From: Pseudomonas moraviensis
GTDB lineage: Bacteria > Pseudomonadota > Gammaproteobacteria > Pseudomonadales > Pseudomonadaceae
Direction: 5' to 3'
NCBI RefSeq assembly: GCF_900105805.1
Contig: NZ_LT629788.1
Location: forward strand, 6,001,521-6,025,520
DNA length: 24,000 nucleotides
Below are positions 16,671 through 24,000 of the stretch, in pieces. The notes under the pieces were generated by a model that was given only the letters and a program-made list of their open reading frames with translations, made no database searches and had not been told where the DNA came from. Within the stretch, counting starts at the first letter, position 1. Every line of letters starts with the position of its first letter. The position numbers and the translations under genes were made by a program.

Positions 16671-17702
16671 ATGAAGATGTTGAAATCCACTCTGGCGGTC
16701 GTGACTGCTGCAGCAGTACTCGGTGTCAGCGGGTTCGCTCAGGCGGGTGCAACCCTGGATGCGGTACAGAAAAAAGGGTTCGTGCAGTGTGGCGTGAGCG
16801 ACGGTCTGCCGGGCTTCTCGGTACCGGATGCGACCGGCAAGATCCTCGGCATCGACGCCGACGTCTGCCGCGCTGTGGCCGCTGCCGTTTTCGGCGACGC
16901 CAACAAGGTCAAGTTCAGCCAGTTGAACGCCAAGGAGCGCTTCACCGCGCTGCAGTCCGGCGAGATCGACATCCTGTCGCGCAACACCACCATGACCAGC
17001 TCCCGTGACGCGGGCATGGGTCTGAAATTTCCGGGCTTCATTACCTACTACGACGGCATCGGCTTCCTGGTGAACAACAAGCTGGGCGTGAAAAGTGCCA
17101 AAGAGCTCGACGGCGCGACCATCTGCATCCAGGCCGGTACCACCACCGAGCTGAACGTTTCCGACTACTTCCGTGGCAACGGTCTGAAATACACCCCGAT
17201 CACCTTCGACACCTCCGATGAAAGCGCCAAGTCGCTGGAATCCGGTCGTTGCGACGTGCTGACCTCCGACAAGTCCCAGCTGTTCGCCCAGCGCAGCAAG
17301 CTGGCCTCGCCGAAGGACTACGTGGTTCTGCCGGAAACCATTTCCAAGGAGCCACTGGGCCCGGTCGTACGTAATGGCGACGACGAGTGGCTGGCGATCG
17401 TGCGTTGGGTCGGCTACGCGCTGCTCAATGCCGAAGAAGCCGGCATCACTTCGAAGAACGTCGAAGCTGAAGCCAAGTCGACCAAGAACCCGGACGTGGC
17501 CCGTATGCTCGGCGCTGACGGCGAATACGGCAAAGACCTGAAACTGCCGAAAGACTGGGTTGTGCAGATCGTCAAGCAGGTCGGCAACTACGGTGAAATC
17601 TTCGAGAAAAACCTCGGCAAGAGCACTCCGCTGGAAATCGACCGTGGCCTGAACGCCCTGTGGAACAACGGCGGCATTCAGTACGCACCACCAGTGCGCT
17701 AA
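16671..17702 (+). CDS. aapJ: General L-amino acid ABC transporter substrate-binding protein AapJ.
   Basis: The 343-aa ORF has the signal peptide MKMLKSTLAVVTAAAVLGVSGFAQA followed by ATLDAVQKKGFVQCGVSDGLPGFS... (AapJ/BztA type). A GGAGG SD lies 5 nt upstream, and the QMP genes follow. Confidence 0.9.
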   Translation: MKMLKSTLAVVTAAAVLGVSGFAQAGATLDAVQKKGFVQCGVSDGLPGFSVPDATGKILGIDADVCRAVAAAVFGDANKVKFSQLNAKERFTALQSGEIDILSRNTTMTSSRDAGMGLKFPGFITYYDGIGFLVNNKLGVKSAKELDGATICIQAGTTTELNVSDYFRGNGLKYTPITFDTSDESAKSLESGRCDVLTSDKSQLFAQRSKLASPKDYVVLPETISKEPLGPVVRNGDDEWLAIVRWVGYALLNAEEAGITSKNVEAEAKSTKNPDVARMLGADGEYGKDLKLPKDWVVQIVKQVGNYGEIFEKNLGKSTPLEIDRGLNALWNNGGIQYAPPVR

Positions 17703-17710
17703 TGGTTCTA

Positions 17711-17737
17711 TCACCCGGCGGGCCAACCGCCGGGTGA
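17711..17737 (+). terminator. Intra-operon hairpin between aapJ and aapQ; a candidate partial terminator or attenuator.
   Basis: TCACCCGGCGG (17711-17721) and CCGCCGGGTGA (17727-17737) form a perfect 11-bp stem with a 5-nt loop. The T-rich stretch TGTTCTTGTTCCATTTCTTTC follows. Confidence 0.6.
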
Positions 17738-17768
17738 TGTTCTTGTTCCATTTCTTTCGGGGCACTTC

Positions 17769-18950
17769 ATGCAAAATTCTATCGGCGCACCAAAGCAGAG
17801 GCTCAGCCTCAGCGATCCACGAGTGCGTGCGTGGCTATTCCAGATCATCACGGTTGTGGCGGTGGTCTCGCTTGGCTGGTACCTGTTCGACAATACGCAA
17901 ACCAACCTTCAGCACCGGGGCATCACTTCCGGTTTCAGCTTTCTGGAGCGCAGTGCCGGGTTCGGCATCGCTCAACACCTGATCGACTACACCGAAGCGG
18001 ACAGCTACGCGCGGGTGTTTGTCATCGGCCTGCTCAACACCCTGTTGGTGACCTTTATCGGCGTGATTCTGGCGACGATTCTCGGTTTCATCGTCGGCGT
18101 GGCGCGGCTGTCGCAGAACTGGATCATCGCCAAACTGGCGACGGTATATGTGGAAGTGTTCCGCAACATTCCGCCACTGCTGCAGATCCTGTTCTGGTAC
18201 TTCGCGGTATTCCTGACCATGCCGGGGCCGCGCAACAGCCATAACTTCGGCGACACCTTCTTCGTCAGCAGCCGTGGCCTGAACATGCCGGCCGCACTCG
18301 CAGCTGACGGTTTCTGGGCGTTCGTGGGCAGCATCGTGCTGGCGATCGTCGGCATCGTGCTGATGTGCCGCTGGGCCAACAAGCGCTTCGAAGAAACCGG
18401 TGTGCCGTTCCACAAGTTCTGGACCGGCCTGGCAATTGTGCTGGTGATCCCGACCTTGTGCGCGCTGATCTTCGGCGCTCCGCTGCACTGGGAAATGCCC
18501 GAGCTCAAGGGCTTCAACTTTGTCGGCGGCTGGGTGCTGATCCCGGAACTGCTGGCCTTGACCCTGGCGCTCACCGTGTACACCGCGGCCTTCATCGCTG
18601 AAATCGTGCGTTCCGGGATCAAGTCGGTCAGCCATGGCCAGACCGAAGCGGCGCGTTCGCTTGGCCTGCGCAACGGCCCGACCCTGCGCAAAGTGATCAT
18701 CCCGCAAGCTTTGCGCGTGATCATTCCGCCGCTGACCAGCCAATACCTCAACCTGGCGAAAAACTCCTCGCTGGCCGCCGGTATCGGTTACCCGGAAATG
18801 GTTTCGCTGTTCGCTGGCACCGTGCTCAACCAGACCGGGCAGGCCATCGAAGTGATTGCCATCACCATGAGCGTGTACCTGGCGATCAGTATCAGCATTT
18901 CCCTGCTGATGAACTGGTACAACAAGCGCATTGCGCTGATCGAGCGGTAA
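17769..18950 (+). CDS. aapQ: General L-amino acid ABC transporter permease AapQ.
   Basis: The 393-aa polytopic membrane protein has the ABC permease EAA-like loop (SHGQTEAARSLGLRNGPTLRKVIIPQAL). It lies between aapJ and aapM. Confidence 0.88.
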   Translation: MQNSIGAPKQRLSLSDPRVRAWLFQIITVVAVVSLGWYLFDNTQTNLQHRGITSGFSFLERSAGFGIAQHLIDYTEADSYARVFVIGLLNTLLVTFIGVILATILGFIVGVARLSQNWIIAKLATVYVEVFRNIPPLLQILFWYFAVFLTMPGPRNSHNFGDTFFVSSRGLNMPAALAADGFWAFVGSIVLAIVGIVLMCRWANKRFEETGVPFHKFWTGLAIVLVIPTLCALIFGAPLHWEMPELKGFNFVGGWVLIPELLALTLALTVYTAAFIAEIVRSGIKSVSHGQTEAARSLGLRNGPTLRKVIIPQALRVIIPPLTSQYLNLAKNSSLAAGIGYPEMVSLFAGTVLNQTGQAIEVIAITMSVYLAISISISLLMNWYNKRIALIER

Positions 18951-18960
18951 GGAAAAGCGC

Positions 18961-20055
18961 ATGAGTACTCATACTTTCAAACCCGACATGCCTCCACCCA
19001 ACAGCAGCATCGGCGTGGTGGCGTGGATGCGCGCGAACATGTTCTCCAGCTGGCTCAACACCCTGCTGACGCTGTTTGCGTTCTACCTGATTTATCTCGT
19101 GGTACCTCCGATCCTCAGTTGGGCGATCGTCGATGCCAACTGGGTTGGCACCACCCGCGCCGACTGCACCAAGGAGGGCGCCTGCTGGGTGTTCATCCAG
19201 CAGCGGTTCGGCCAGTTCATGTACGGTTATTACCCGACCGAACTGCGCTGGCGCGTCGACCTGACCGTGTGGCTGGCGGTCATCGGCGCAGCACCCCTGT
19301 TCATCTCGCGGATGCCGCGTAAAGCGGTCTATGGCCTGAGCTTTCTGGTGATGTACCCGATCATCGCCTTCACCTTGTTGCACGGCGGTTTCGGTCTGAC
19401 CACCGTGCCGACCAGCCAGTGGGGCGGGCTGATGCTGACCCTGGTGATCGCCACCGTCGGCATTGCCGGCGCTTTGCCGCTGGGCATCGTACTGGCGCTG
19501 GGGCGGCGTTCGAACATGCCGGCGATTCGAGTGGTCTGCGTGACCTTCATCGAATTCTGGCGCGGCGTGCCGTTGATCACGGTGCTGTTCATGTCCTCGG
19601 TGATGCTGCCGCTGTTCCTGCCCGAAGGCATGAACTTCGACAAACTGCTACGGGCGCTGATCGGGGTGATCCTGTTCCAGTCGGCCTACGTCGCCGAAGT
19701 GGTGCGCGGCGGTCTGCAAGCGATTCCCAAAGGGCAGTACGAAGCGGCTGCGGCGATGGGCCTCGGTTACTGGCGTTCGATGGGCCTGGTGATTTTGCCG
19801 CAGGCCTTGAAGCTGGTGATTCCGGGCATCGTCAACACGTTCATTGCGCTGTTCAAGGACACCAGCCTGGTGATCATCATTGGCCTGTTCGACCTGCTCA
19901 ACAGCGTCAAGCAAGCCGCCGCCGACCCGAAATGGCTGGGCATGGCCACCGAAGGCTACGTGTTCGCCGCCCTGGTGTTCTGGATTTTCTGTTTTGGTAT
20001 GTCGCGCTATTCCATGCATCTGGAACGCAAGCTCGACACTGGCCACAAGCGTTAG
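18961..20055 (+). CDS. aapM: General L-amino acid ABC transporter permease AapM.
   Basis: The 364-aa membrane protein has the EAA loop (PKGQYEAAAAMGLGYWRSMGLVILPQAL). An AAGGAAAAG SD lies upstream. Confidence 0.88.
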   Translation: MSTHTFKPDMPPPNSSIGVVAWMRANMFSSWLNTLLTLFAFYLIYLVVPPILSWAIVDANWVGTTRADCTKEGACWVFIQQRFGQFMYGYYPTELRWRVDLTVWLAVIGAAPLFISRMPRKAVYGLSFLVMYPIIAFTLLHGGFGLTTVPTSQWGGLMLTLVIATVGIAGALPLGIVLALGRRSNMPAIRVVCVTFIEFWRGVPLITVLFMSSVMLPLFLPEGMNFDKLLRALIGVILFQSAYVAEVVRGGLQAIPKGQYEAAAAMGLGYWRSMGLVILPQALKLVIPGIVNTFIALFKDTSLVIIIGLFDLLNSVKQAAADPKWLGMATEGYVFAALVFWIFCFGMSRYSMHLERKLDTGHKR

Positions 20056-20068
20056 GAGTTCTCTGTAA

Positions 20069-20833
20069 ATGAGCGAAGCAATCAAAAAGCCTGTGGGTCC
20101 GGAAGGCATCATCCAGATGCAGGGCGTGAACAAGTGGTACGGCCAGTTTCACGTACTCAAAGACATCAACCTCAACGTCAAACAGGGCGAACGCATCGTG
20201 CTGTGCGGCCCGTCGGGTTCCGGTAAATCCACGACGATTCGTTGCCTGAATCGTCTGGAAGAACACCAGCAGGGCCGCATCGTCGTCGATGGCGTGGAAC
20301 TGACCAACGACCTCAAGCAGATCGAAGCGATCCGCCGCGAAGTCGGCATGGTGTTTCAGCACTTCAACCTGTTCCCGCACCTGACCATTTTGCAGAACTG
20401 CACCCTGGCGCCGATGTGGGTGCGCAAGATGCCCAAGCGCAAGGCCGAGGAAATCGCCATGCATTACCTGGAACGCGTACGCATCCCGGAACAGGCGCAC
20501 AAATACCCGGGGCAACTGTCCGGCGGTCAGCAGCAGCGTGTGGCGATCGCCCGCGCCTTGTGCATGAAGCCGAAAATCATGCTGTTCGACGAACCGACTT
20601 CAGCACTCGATCCGGAAATGGTGAAAGAGGTTCTCGACACCATGATCGGCCTGGCCGAAGACGGCATGACCATGCTCTGCGTGACCCACGAAATGGGCTT
20701 CGCCCGCACCGTGGCGAACCGCGTGATTTTCATGGACAAGGGCGAGATCGTCGAGCAGGCAGCGCCGAATGACTTCTTCGATAATCCGCAGAATGATCGG
20801 ACGAAGTTGTTCTTGAGTCAGATTTTGCATTGA
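20069..20833 (+). CDS. aapP: General L-amino acid ABC transporter ATP-binding protein AapP.
   Basis: The 254-aa ORF has Walker A (GPSGSGKST), the signature motif [15 protein letters not shown], Walker B ([12 protein letters not shown]) and the H-loop (VTHEM). Confidence 0.93.
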   Translation: MSEAIKKPVGPEGIIQMQGVNKWYGQFHVLKDINLNVKQGERIVLCGPSGSGKSTTIRCLNRLEEHQQGRIVVDGVELTNDLKQIEAIRREVGMVFQHFNLFPHLTILQNCTLAPMWVRKMPKRKAEEIAMHYLERVRIPEQAHKYPGQLSGGQQQRVAIARALCMKPKIMLFDEPTSALDPEMVKEVLDTMIGLAEDGMTMLCVTHEMGFARTVANRVIFMDKGEIVEQAAPNDFFDNPQNDRTKLFLSQILH

Positions 20834-20851
20834 TGGCGGATGTATAAAACC

Positions 20852-20880
20852 AACCCGGCGATGTGCCGGGTTTGTTTTTT
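20852..20880. terminator. Rho-independent terminator shared by the convergent genes aapP and mqsA.
   Basis: AACCCGGC (20852-20859) pairs with GCCGGGTT (20865-20872) around a 5-nt loop, followed by TGTTTTTT on the plus strand. On the minus strand the hairpin is followed by GGTTTTAT. Confidence 0.8.
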
Positions 20881-20889
20881 CTGAACAGT

Positions 20890-21378
20890 TCAGGACACGG
20901 AGAGGGATTCGTGTTCTTTGTGGACGATGTGCTCGAAACCTCTCAAGTCGGCACCTTCGCCGAGAGTCTTTACATCGGTTAGCAAGTACGGATAACGATC
21001 CAATAAACGCATCAACAGTATGAGAGCTTTGGGCGGCAATACATCGCCGCGCTCATAGCGGGAAAATGCGTTATGCCCACCCCCAGACAGCAGTTGTACC
21101 GTCTCTTTTTGCGTCAGGTGCAATTTGCGACGGATACGCTTCATCTCGTCACCAATCATTTGCCTCGCAGCGATAACCAACTCATCACCTGCTTTGCAAT
21201 ACCGCTGCGCACTATCGGTGTCGGGGTCCCATTCGATCTCACCGCACTTCTGGCATTCCCATCCAGAAAGATTATCGACACGACGCTCCATGTCTTTGAC
21301 TCTCAGGGTTTCGCCGCGCCCCTGAAAATGCCTCATTCCCTCACGCGCCCCGCAGCTGACACATTGCTGGGTTTTCAT
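20890..21378 (-). CDS. mqsA: Type II antitoxin MqsA (N-terminal zinc ribbon plus XRE-type HTH).
   Basis: The 162-aa ORF has two Cys pairs, CVSCG ... CQKCG, and the HTH RRKLHLTQKETVQLLSGGGHNAFSRYERGDVLPPKALILLMRLLDRYP. It overlaps the upstream mqsR by 4 nt (ATGA). Confidence 0.88.
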   Translation of the reverse strand: MKTQQCVSCGAREGMRHFQGRGETLRVKDMERRVDNLSGWECQKCGEIEWDPDTDSAQRYCKAGDELVIAARQMIGDEMKRIRRKLHLTQKETVQLLSGGGHNAFSRYERGDVLPPKALILLMRLLDRYPYLLTDVKTLGEGADLRGFEHIVHKEHESLSVS

Positions 21379-21686
21379 GGGTTTTTCTCCTTAAAGGAGA
21401 TCACCGGTGGGCTGCCGCCGGGGCGGTATGTCACCTTGATGTAAATCTCCTGATCTCGCGAATTGATGTGATACACGTCTTGCCAGATTCGATGATCGTC
21501 ATAGGCAGTCATCGATTTGTACAACATCCTGGTTTGTAGCTCGAAAACAATCTCCTGCATTTCGCTGACGTTGAAGCCGAGCTTCTCAGCTGACCTTACT
21601 GAAGTTTTGGTGAAAGCATTTTGACCCAGTCGCCTCACTTCAGACTTGATCACCGCCAAGTCGTAATGGGGTGTGTTCTTTTCCAT
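21375..21686 (-). CDS. mqsR: Type II toxin MqsR (ribosome-independent mRNA interferase).
   Basis: The 103-aa ORF reads MEKNTPHYDLAVIKSEV...LYKSMTAYDDHRIWQDVYHINSRDQEIYIKVTY...VISFKEKNP. This aligns by eye with E. coli MqsR, whose corresponding blocks are MEKRTPH..FYKSMTTYSDHTIWQDVY..VYLKIT..VSFKEK. The toxin gene precedes the antitoxin gene, as is typical for mqsRA. Confidence 0.88.
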   Translation of the reverse strand: MEKNTPHYDLAVIKSEVRRLGQNAFTKTSVRSAEKLGFNVSEMQEIVFELQTRMLYKSMTAYDDHRIWQDVYHINSRDQEIYIKVTYRPGGSPPVISFKEKNP

Positions 21687-21709
21687 AAGAAGCCAAAACC
21701 CTGTCCCTG

Positions 21710-21732
21710 AAATTACCCTTAAAGGGTAATTT
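21710..21732. promoter_or_regulatory. Candidate MqsA operator palindrome within the mqsRA promoter.
   Basis: AAATTACCC-TTAAA-GGGTAATTT has perfect 9-bp inverted arms and a 5-nt spacer, 24 nt upstream of the mqsR ATG. On the minus strand it lies between a TTGGTC (-35-like) element and a TAATTT (-10-like) element. Confidence 0.5.
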
Positions 21733-21852
21733 TGACCAATCGAAAATGCCGCTCCATGTGTCTCCGATTGACCCTAGGTGGTTGCCGTCCTACATGGGTC
21801 TGACTAACATGTCGGAAAATTCATCCTATGATTGGATGAAAAGGCGAGGCTC

Positions 21853-22512
21853 ATGTCCGAAATTTCCCCTTTGATCAAGCGGTCCCTGGTCGATCAGGCT
21901 CTGGACCAACTACGTCAGCGCATCAACAGTGGTGTCTGGCAGGTCGGCGAGCGTCTGCCCACCGAGCCTGAGCTATGCGCCGAGCTGGGCATCAGCCGCA
22001 ACACGGTGCGCGAAGCGATGCGCGTTCTGGCGTTCTCCGGACTGATCGAAATTCGTCAGGGCGACGGCAGTTATCTGCGTGCAGTGGTCGACCCGCTGGA
22101 TACGCTGAAGGCGTTGTCCCGCTGTTCCCTGGAGCAGGCCCGGGAAACCCGGCACATCCTTGAAGTCGAGGCCATCGGCCTGGCGGCGTTGCGCCGTACC
22201 GATGAGGATCTGGCCGCACTGCGCGAAGCGCTCGGCACCAGCGGCAGCCATTACCACGGCGATCTCGACACCTACATCGCCTGCGATCTGGTGTTCCATC
22301 GACGTCTGGTCGACGCCGCGCATAACCCGACTCTCAGCGAGCTGTATCGCTATTTCTCCAGCATCGTCGGCGCGCAATTGCGCCAGACCCTGAATATCTC
22401 CCCGCGCCGCCAGGAAGTGTTCGACCTGCATATCGACCTGCTCGATGCGGTCGAGCAACGCGACCCGGAACGGGCCAAAGCCTTGTCGAGGCAGTTGATC
22501 AATGAACCTTGA
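21853..22512 (+). CDS. GntR family (FadR/FCD subfamily) transcriptional regulator.
   Basis: The winged HTH is LPTEPELCAELGISRNTVREAMRVLAFSGLIEIRQGDGSYL, followed by a helical FCD-type C-terminal domain. The start could be ATG 21853 or the TTG at 21832 used by the track. Confidence 0.85.
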   Translation: MSEISPLIKRSLVDQALDQLRQRINSGVWQVGERLPTEPELCAELGISRNTVREAMRVLAFSGLIEIRQGDGSYLRAVVDPLDTLKALSRCSLEQARETRHILEVEAIGLAALRRTDEDLAALREALGTSGSHYHGDLDTYIACDLVFHRRLVDAAHNPTLSELYRYFSSIVGAQLRQTLNISPRRQEVFDLHIDLLDAVEQRDPERAKALSRQLINEP

Positions 22513-23806
22513 AACCGAGAAAGCCATGTCCCGCACTGAGTTATCCACAGCGTCGAAACGCACCACCGAGCTGGAAGAGCTGCTGATTGATGCCGAAGCC
22601 GATGACGAGCAGGTGCAGCAAAGCCACCCGTTGGTAAAACGTCCGTGGCTGTTGCTGCTCGGACTGATTCTGGTGGCATTGAACCTGCGCCCGGCGCTGT
22701 CGAGCATGGCGCCGTTGCTCAGCGAGGTCTCCAGAAGTCTCGGGCTGTCCGCGGCGCAGGCGGGATTGCTGACTACGTTGCCGGTGCTGTGCCTGGGCCT
22801 GTTCGCGCCGCTGGCGCCGATTCTGGCGCGACGTTTCGGCGCTGAACGGGTGGTGTTGGGCATTCTGCTGACGCTGGCCGGCGGGATTATCCTGCGCAGC
22901 AACTTCGGTGAGATCGGCCTGTTCGCCGGCAGTGTGCTCGGCGGCGCCAGCATCGGCATCGTCGGCGTGCTGCTGCCCGGCATCGTCAAGCGCGACTTCG
23001 CCAGACACGCCGGCACCATGACCGGTGTCTACACCATGGCCCTGTGTCTGGGCGCGGCAATGGCGGCGGGTTCGACCGTGCCACTGAGTGAACATTTCGG
23101 TAACAGCTGGGCGATGGGCCTGGGTTTCTGGGTGATTCCAGCCTTGGTGGCGGCGGTGTTCTGGTTGCCTCAGGTCGGCTCGAAGCACGGCGCGCACAAC
23201 GTCGCCTATCGCGTGCGCGGGTTGCTGCGTGATCCGCTGGCCTGGCAGGTGACCTTGTACATGGGCCTGCAGTCATCGCTGGCCTACATCGTGTTTGGCT
23301 GGTTGCCGTCGATCCTCATCGGACGCGGGCTGACACCGACCCAGGCAGGATTGGTGCTGTCCGGTTCGGTGATCATTCAACTGGCCAGTTCGCTGGCCGC
23401 GCCGTGGCTGGCGACTCGTGGCAAGGATCAGCGTCTGGCGATCGTAGTGGTCATGGCGCTGACGCTGGCGGGCCTGTTCGGCTGCCTGTACGCACCGATC
23501 GAAGGCCTGTGGGGCTGGGCGATTCTGCTCGGACTGGGGCAGGGCGGGACGTTCAGTCTGGCGTTGACGCTGATCGTGCTGCGTTCGCGCGATTCCCATG
23601 TCGCGGCGAACCTGTCGAGCATGTCCCAGGGTTTCGGTTACACGCTGGCGTCGATGGGGCCGTTCGCCGTGGGCGTGGTGCATGACTGGACCGGCGGCTG
23701 GAATGCCCTGGGCTGGATTTTCGGCGTTATTGGCGTGGGTGCGATCATTGCCGGACTGGGCGCCGGACGGGCGCTGTATGTGCAGGTGCAAAGCGAAAAG
23801 ATCTGA
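22502..23806 (+). CDS. MFS transporter, CynX/NimT (cyanate permease-like) family.
   Basis: The 434-aa ORF has about 12 hydrophobic segments. The sequence ...LLLLGLILVALNLRPALSSMAPLLSEV...LGLSAAQAGLLTTLPVLCLGLFAPLAP is typical of the CynX/YeaN group. The start is uncertain: ATG 22502 overlaps the regulator gene's end by 11 nt, and ATG 22526 is the alternative. Confidence 0.82.
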   Translation: MNLETEKAMSRTELSTASKRTTELEELLIDAEADDEQVQQSHPLVKRPWLLLLGLILVALNLRPALSSMAPLLSEVSRSLGLSAAQAGLLTTLPVLCLGLFAPLAPILARRFGAERVVLGILLTLAGGIILRSNFGEIGLFAGSVLGGASIGIVGVLLPGIVKRDFARHAGTMTGVYTMALCLGAAMAAGSTVPLSEHFGNSWAMGLGFWVIPALVAAVFWLPQVGSKHGAHNVAYRVRGLLRDPLAWQVTLYMGLQSSLAYIVFGWLPSILIGRGLTPTQAGLVLSGSVIIQLASSLAAPWLATRGKDQRLAIVVVMALTLAGLFGCLYAPIEGLWGWAILLGLGQGGTFSLALTLIVLRSRDSHVAANLSSMSQGFGYTLASMGPFAVGVVHDWTGGWNALGWIFGVIGVGAIIAGLGAGRALYVQVQSEKI

Positions 23807-23818
23807 CGCTATTGAAAC

Positions 23819-23907
23819 TGTAGGAGTGAGCCTGCTCGCGATGGCGGTGCTTCAGTCAGCACAATGTCGACTGCAAGGGCGCTATCGCGAGCAGGCTCGC
23901 TCCGACA
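23819..23907. repeat. REPIN (family B), a degenerate long-loop copy.
   Basis: The arms are TGTAGGAGTGAGCCTGCTCGCGATGGCGG ... GCGCTATCGCGAGCAGGCTCGCTCCGACA. The right arm carries substitutions and the loop has diverged from the copies at 8459 and 12815. Confidence 0.85.
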
Positions 23908-24000
23908 AGGGTTTTGCGTATTGCCGATAGTGTTTCTGGGCGCGGCGGATTATGGTGCTGGCAATCTGTACCTATTTCTTTGGAGATTGCCTTGAGCGAA

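Noticed and set aside
21768-21812. A possible promoter (TTGACC-N17-TACATG) and GTCTGAC palindrome operator for the GntR regulator.
   Set aside because: The -10 match is poor, and a 7-bp GTCNGAC palindrome is too short to distinguish from chance without comparative data.
23981-24000. A possible start of another gene: GGAG followed by TTG at 23992, reading (M)SE...
   Set aside because: Only three codons fall inside the window, so the call cannot be supported.

Overview
This window is a high-GC Pseudomonas chromosomal segment. Gene order, protein sequences and the REP repeat types point to the P. fluorescens lineage. It is mostly conserved core genome.

Gene content, left to right:
- The promoter-proximal end of the alginate operon on the minus strand: algD, alg8 and the start of alg44. 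An 809-bp AT-rich control region lies upstream of algD.
- yaaA.
- A secreted NodB-type polysaccharide deacetylase.
- A PIN-PhoH (PhoH2-type) ATPase.
- moaCDE.
- An orphan basic-amino-acid binding protein.
- The D-arginine conversion operon dauBAR on the minus strand.
- rhlB and carboxylesterase II.
- The general amino-acid ABC transporter aapJQMP.
- An AT-richer mqsR-mqsA toxin-antitoxin module.
- A GntR/FadR regulator with a CynX-like MFS transporter.

Six REPIN-type inverted-repeat elements from two related families, plus a third hairpin repeat type, occupy intergenic and intra-operon gaps.

I found no large undescribed multi-gene system. The points most worth a second look are:
- the mqsRA insertion and its non-E. 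coli-type operator palindrome;
- a near-consensus sigma-54 promoter followed by a roughly 300-nt hairpin-rich leader upstream of aapJ;
- A-rich Hfq/Crc-type motifs at the ribosome-binding sites of both binding-protein genes;
- REPINs placed inside operons, one of them overlapping the dauB stop codon;
- a 340-bp unexplained region with a coding-like composition immediately upstream of, and overlapping, the PIN-PhoH gene.

The many long ORFs antisense to real genes are high-GC shadow ORFs.
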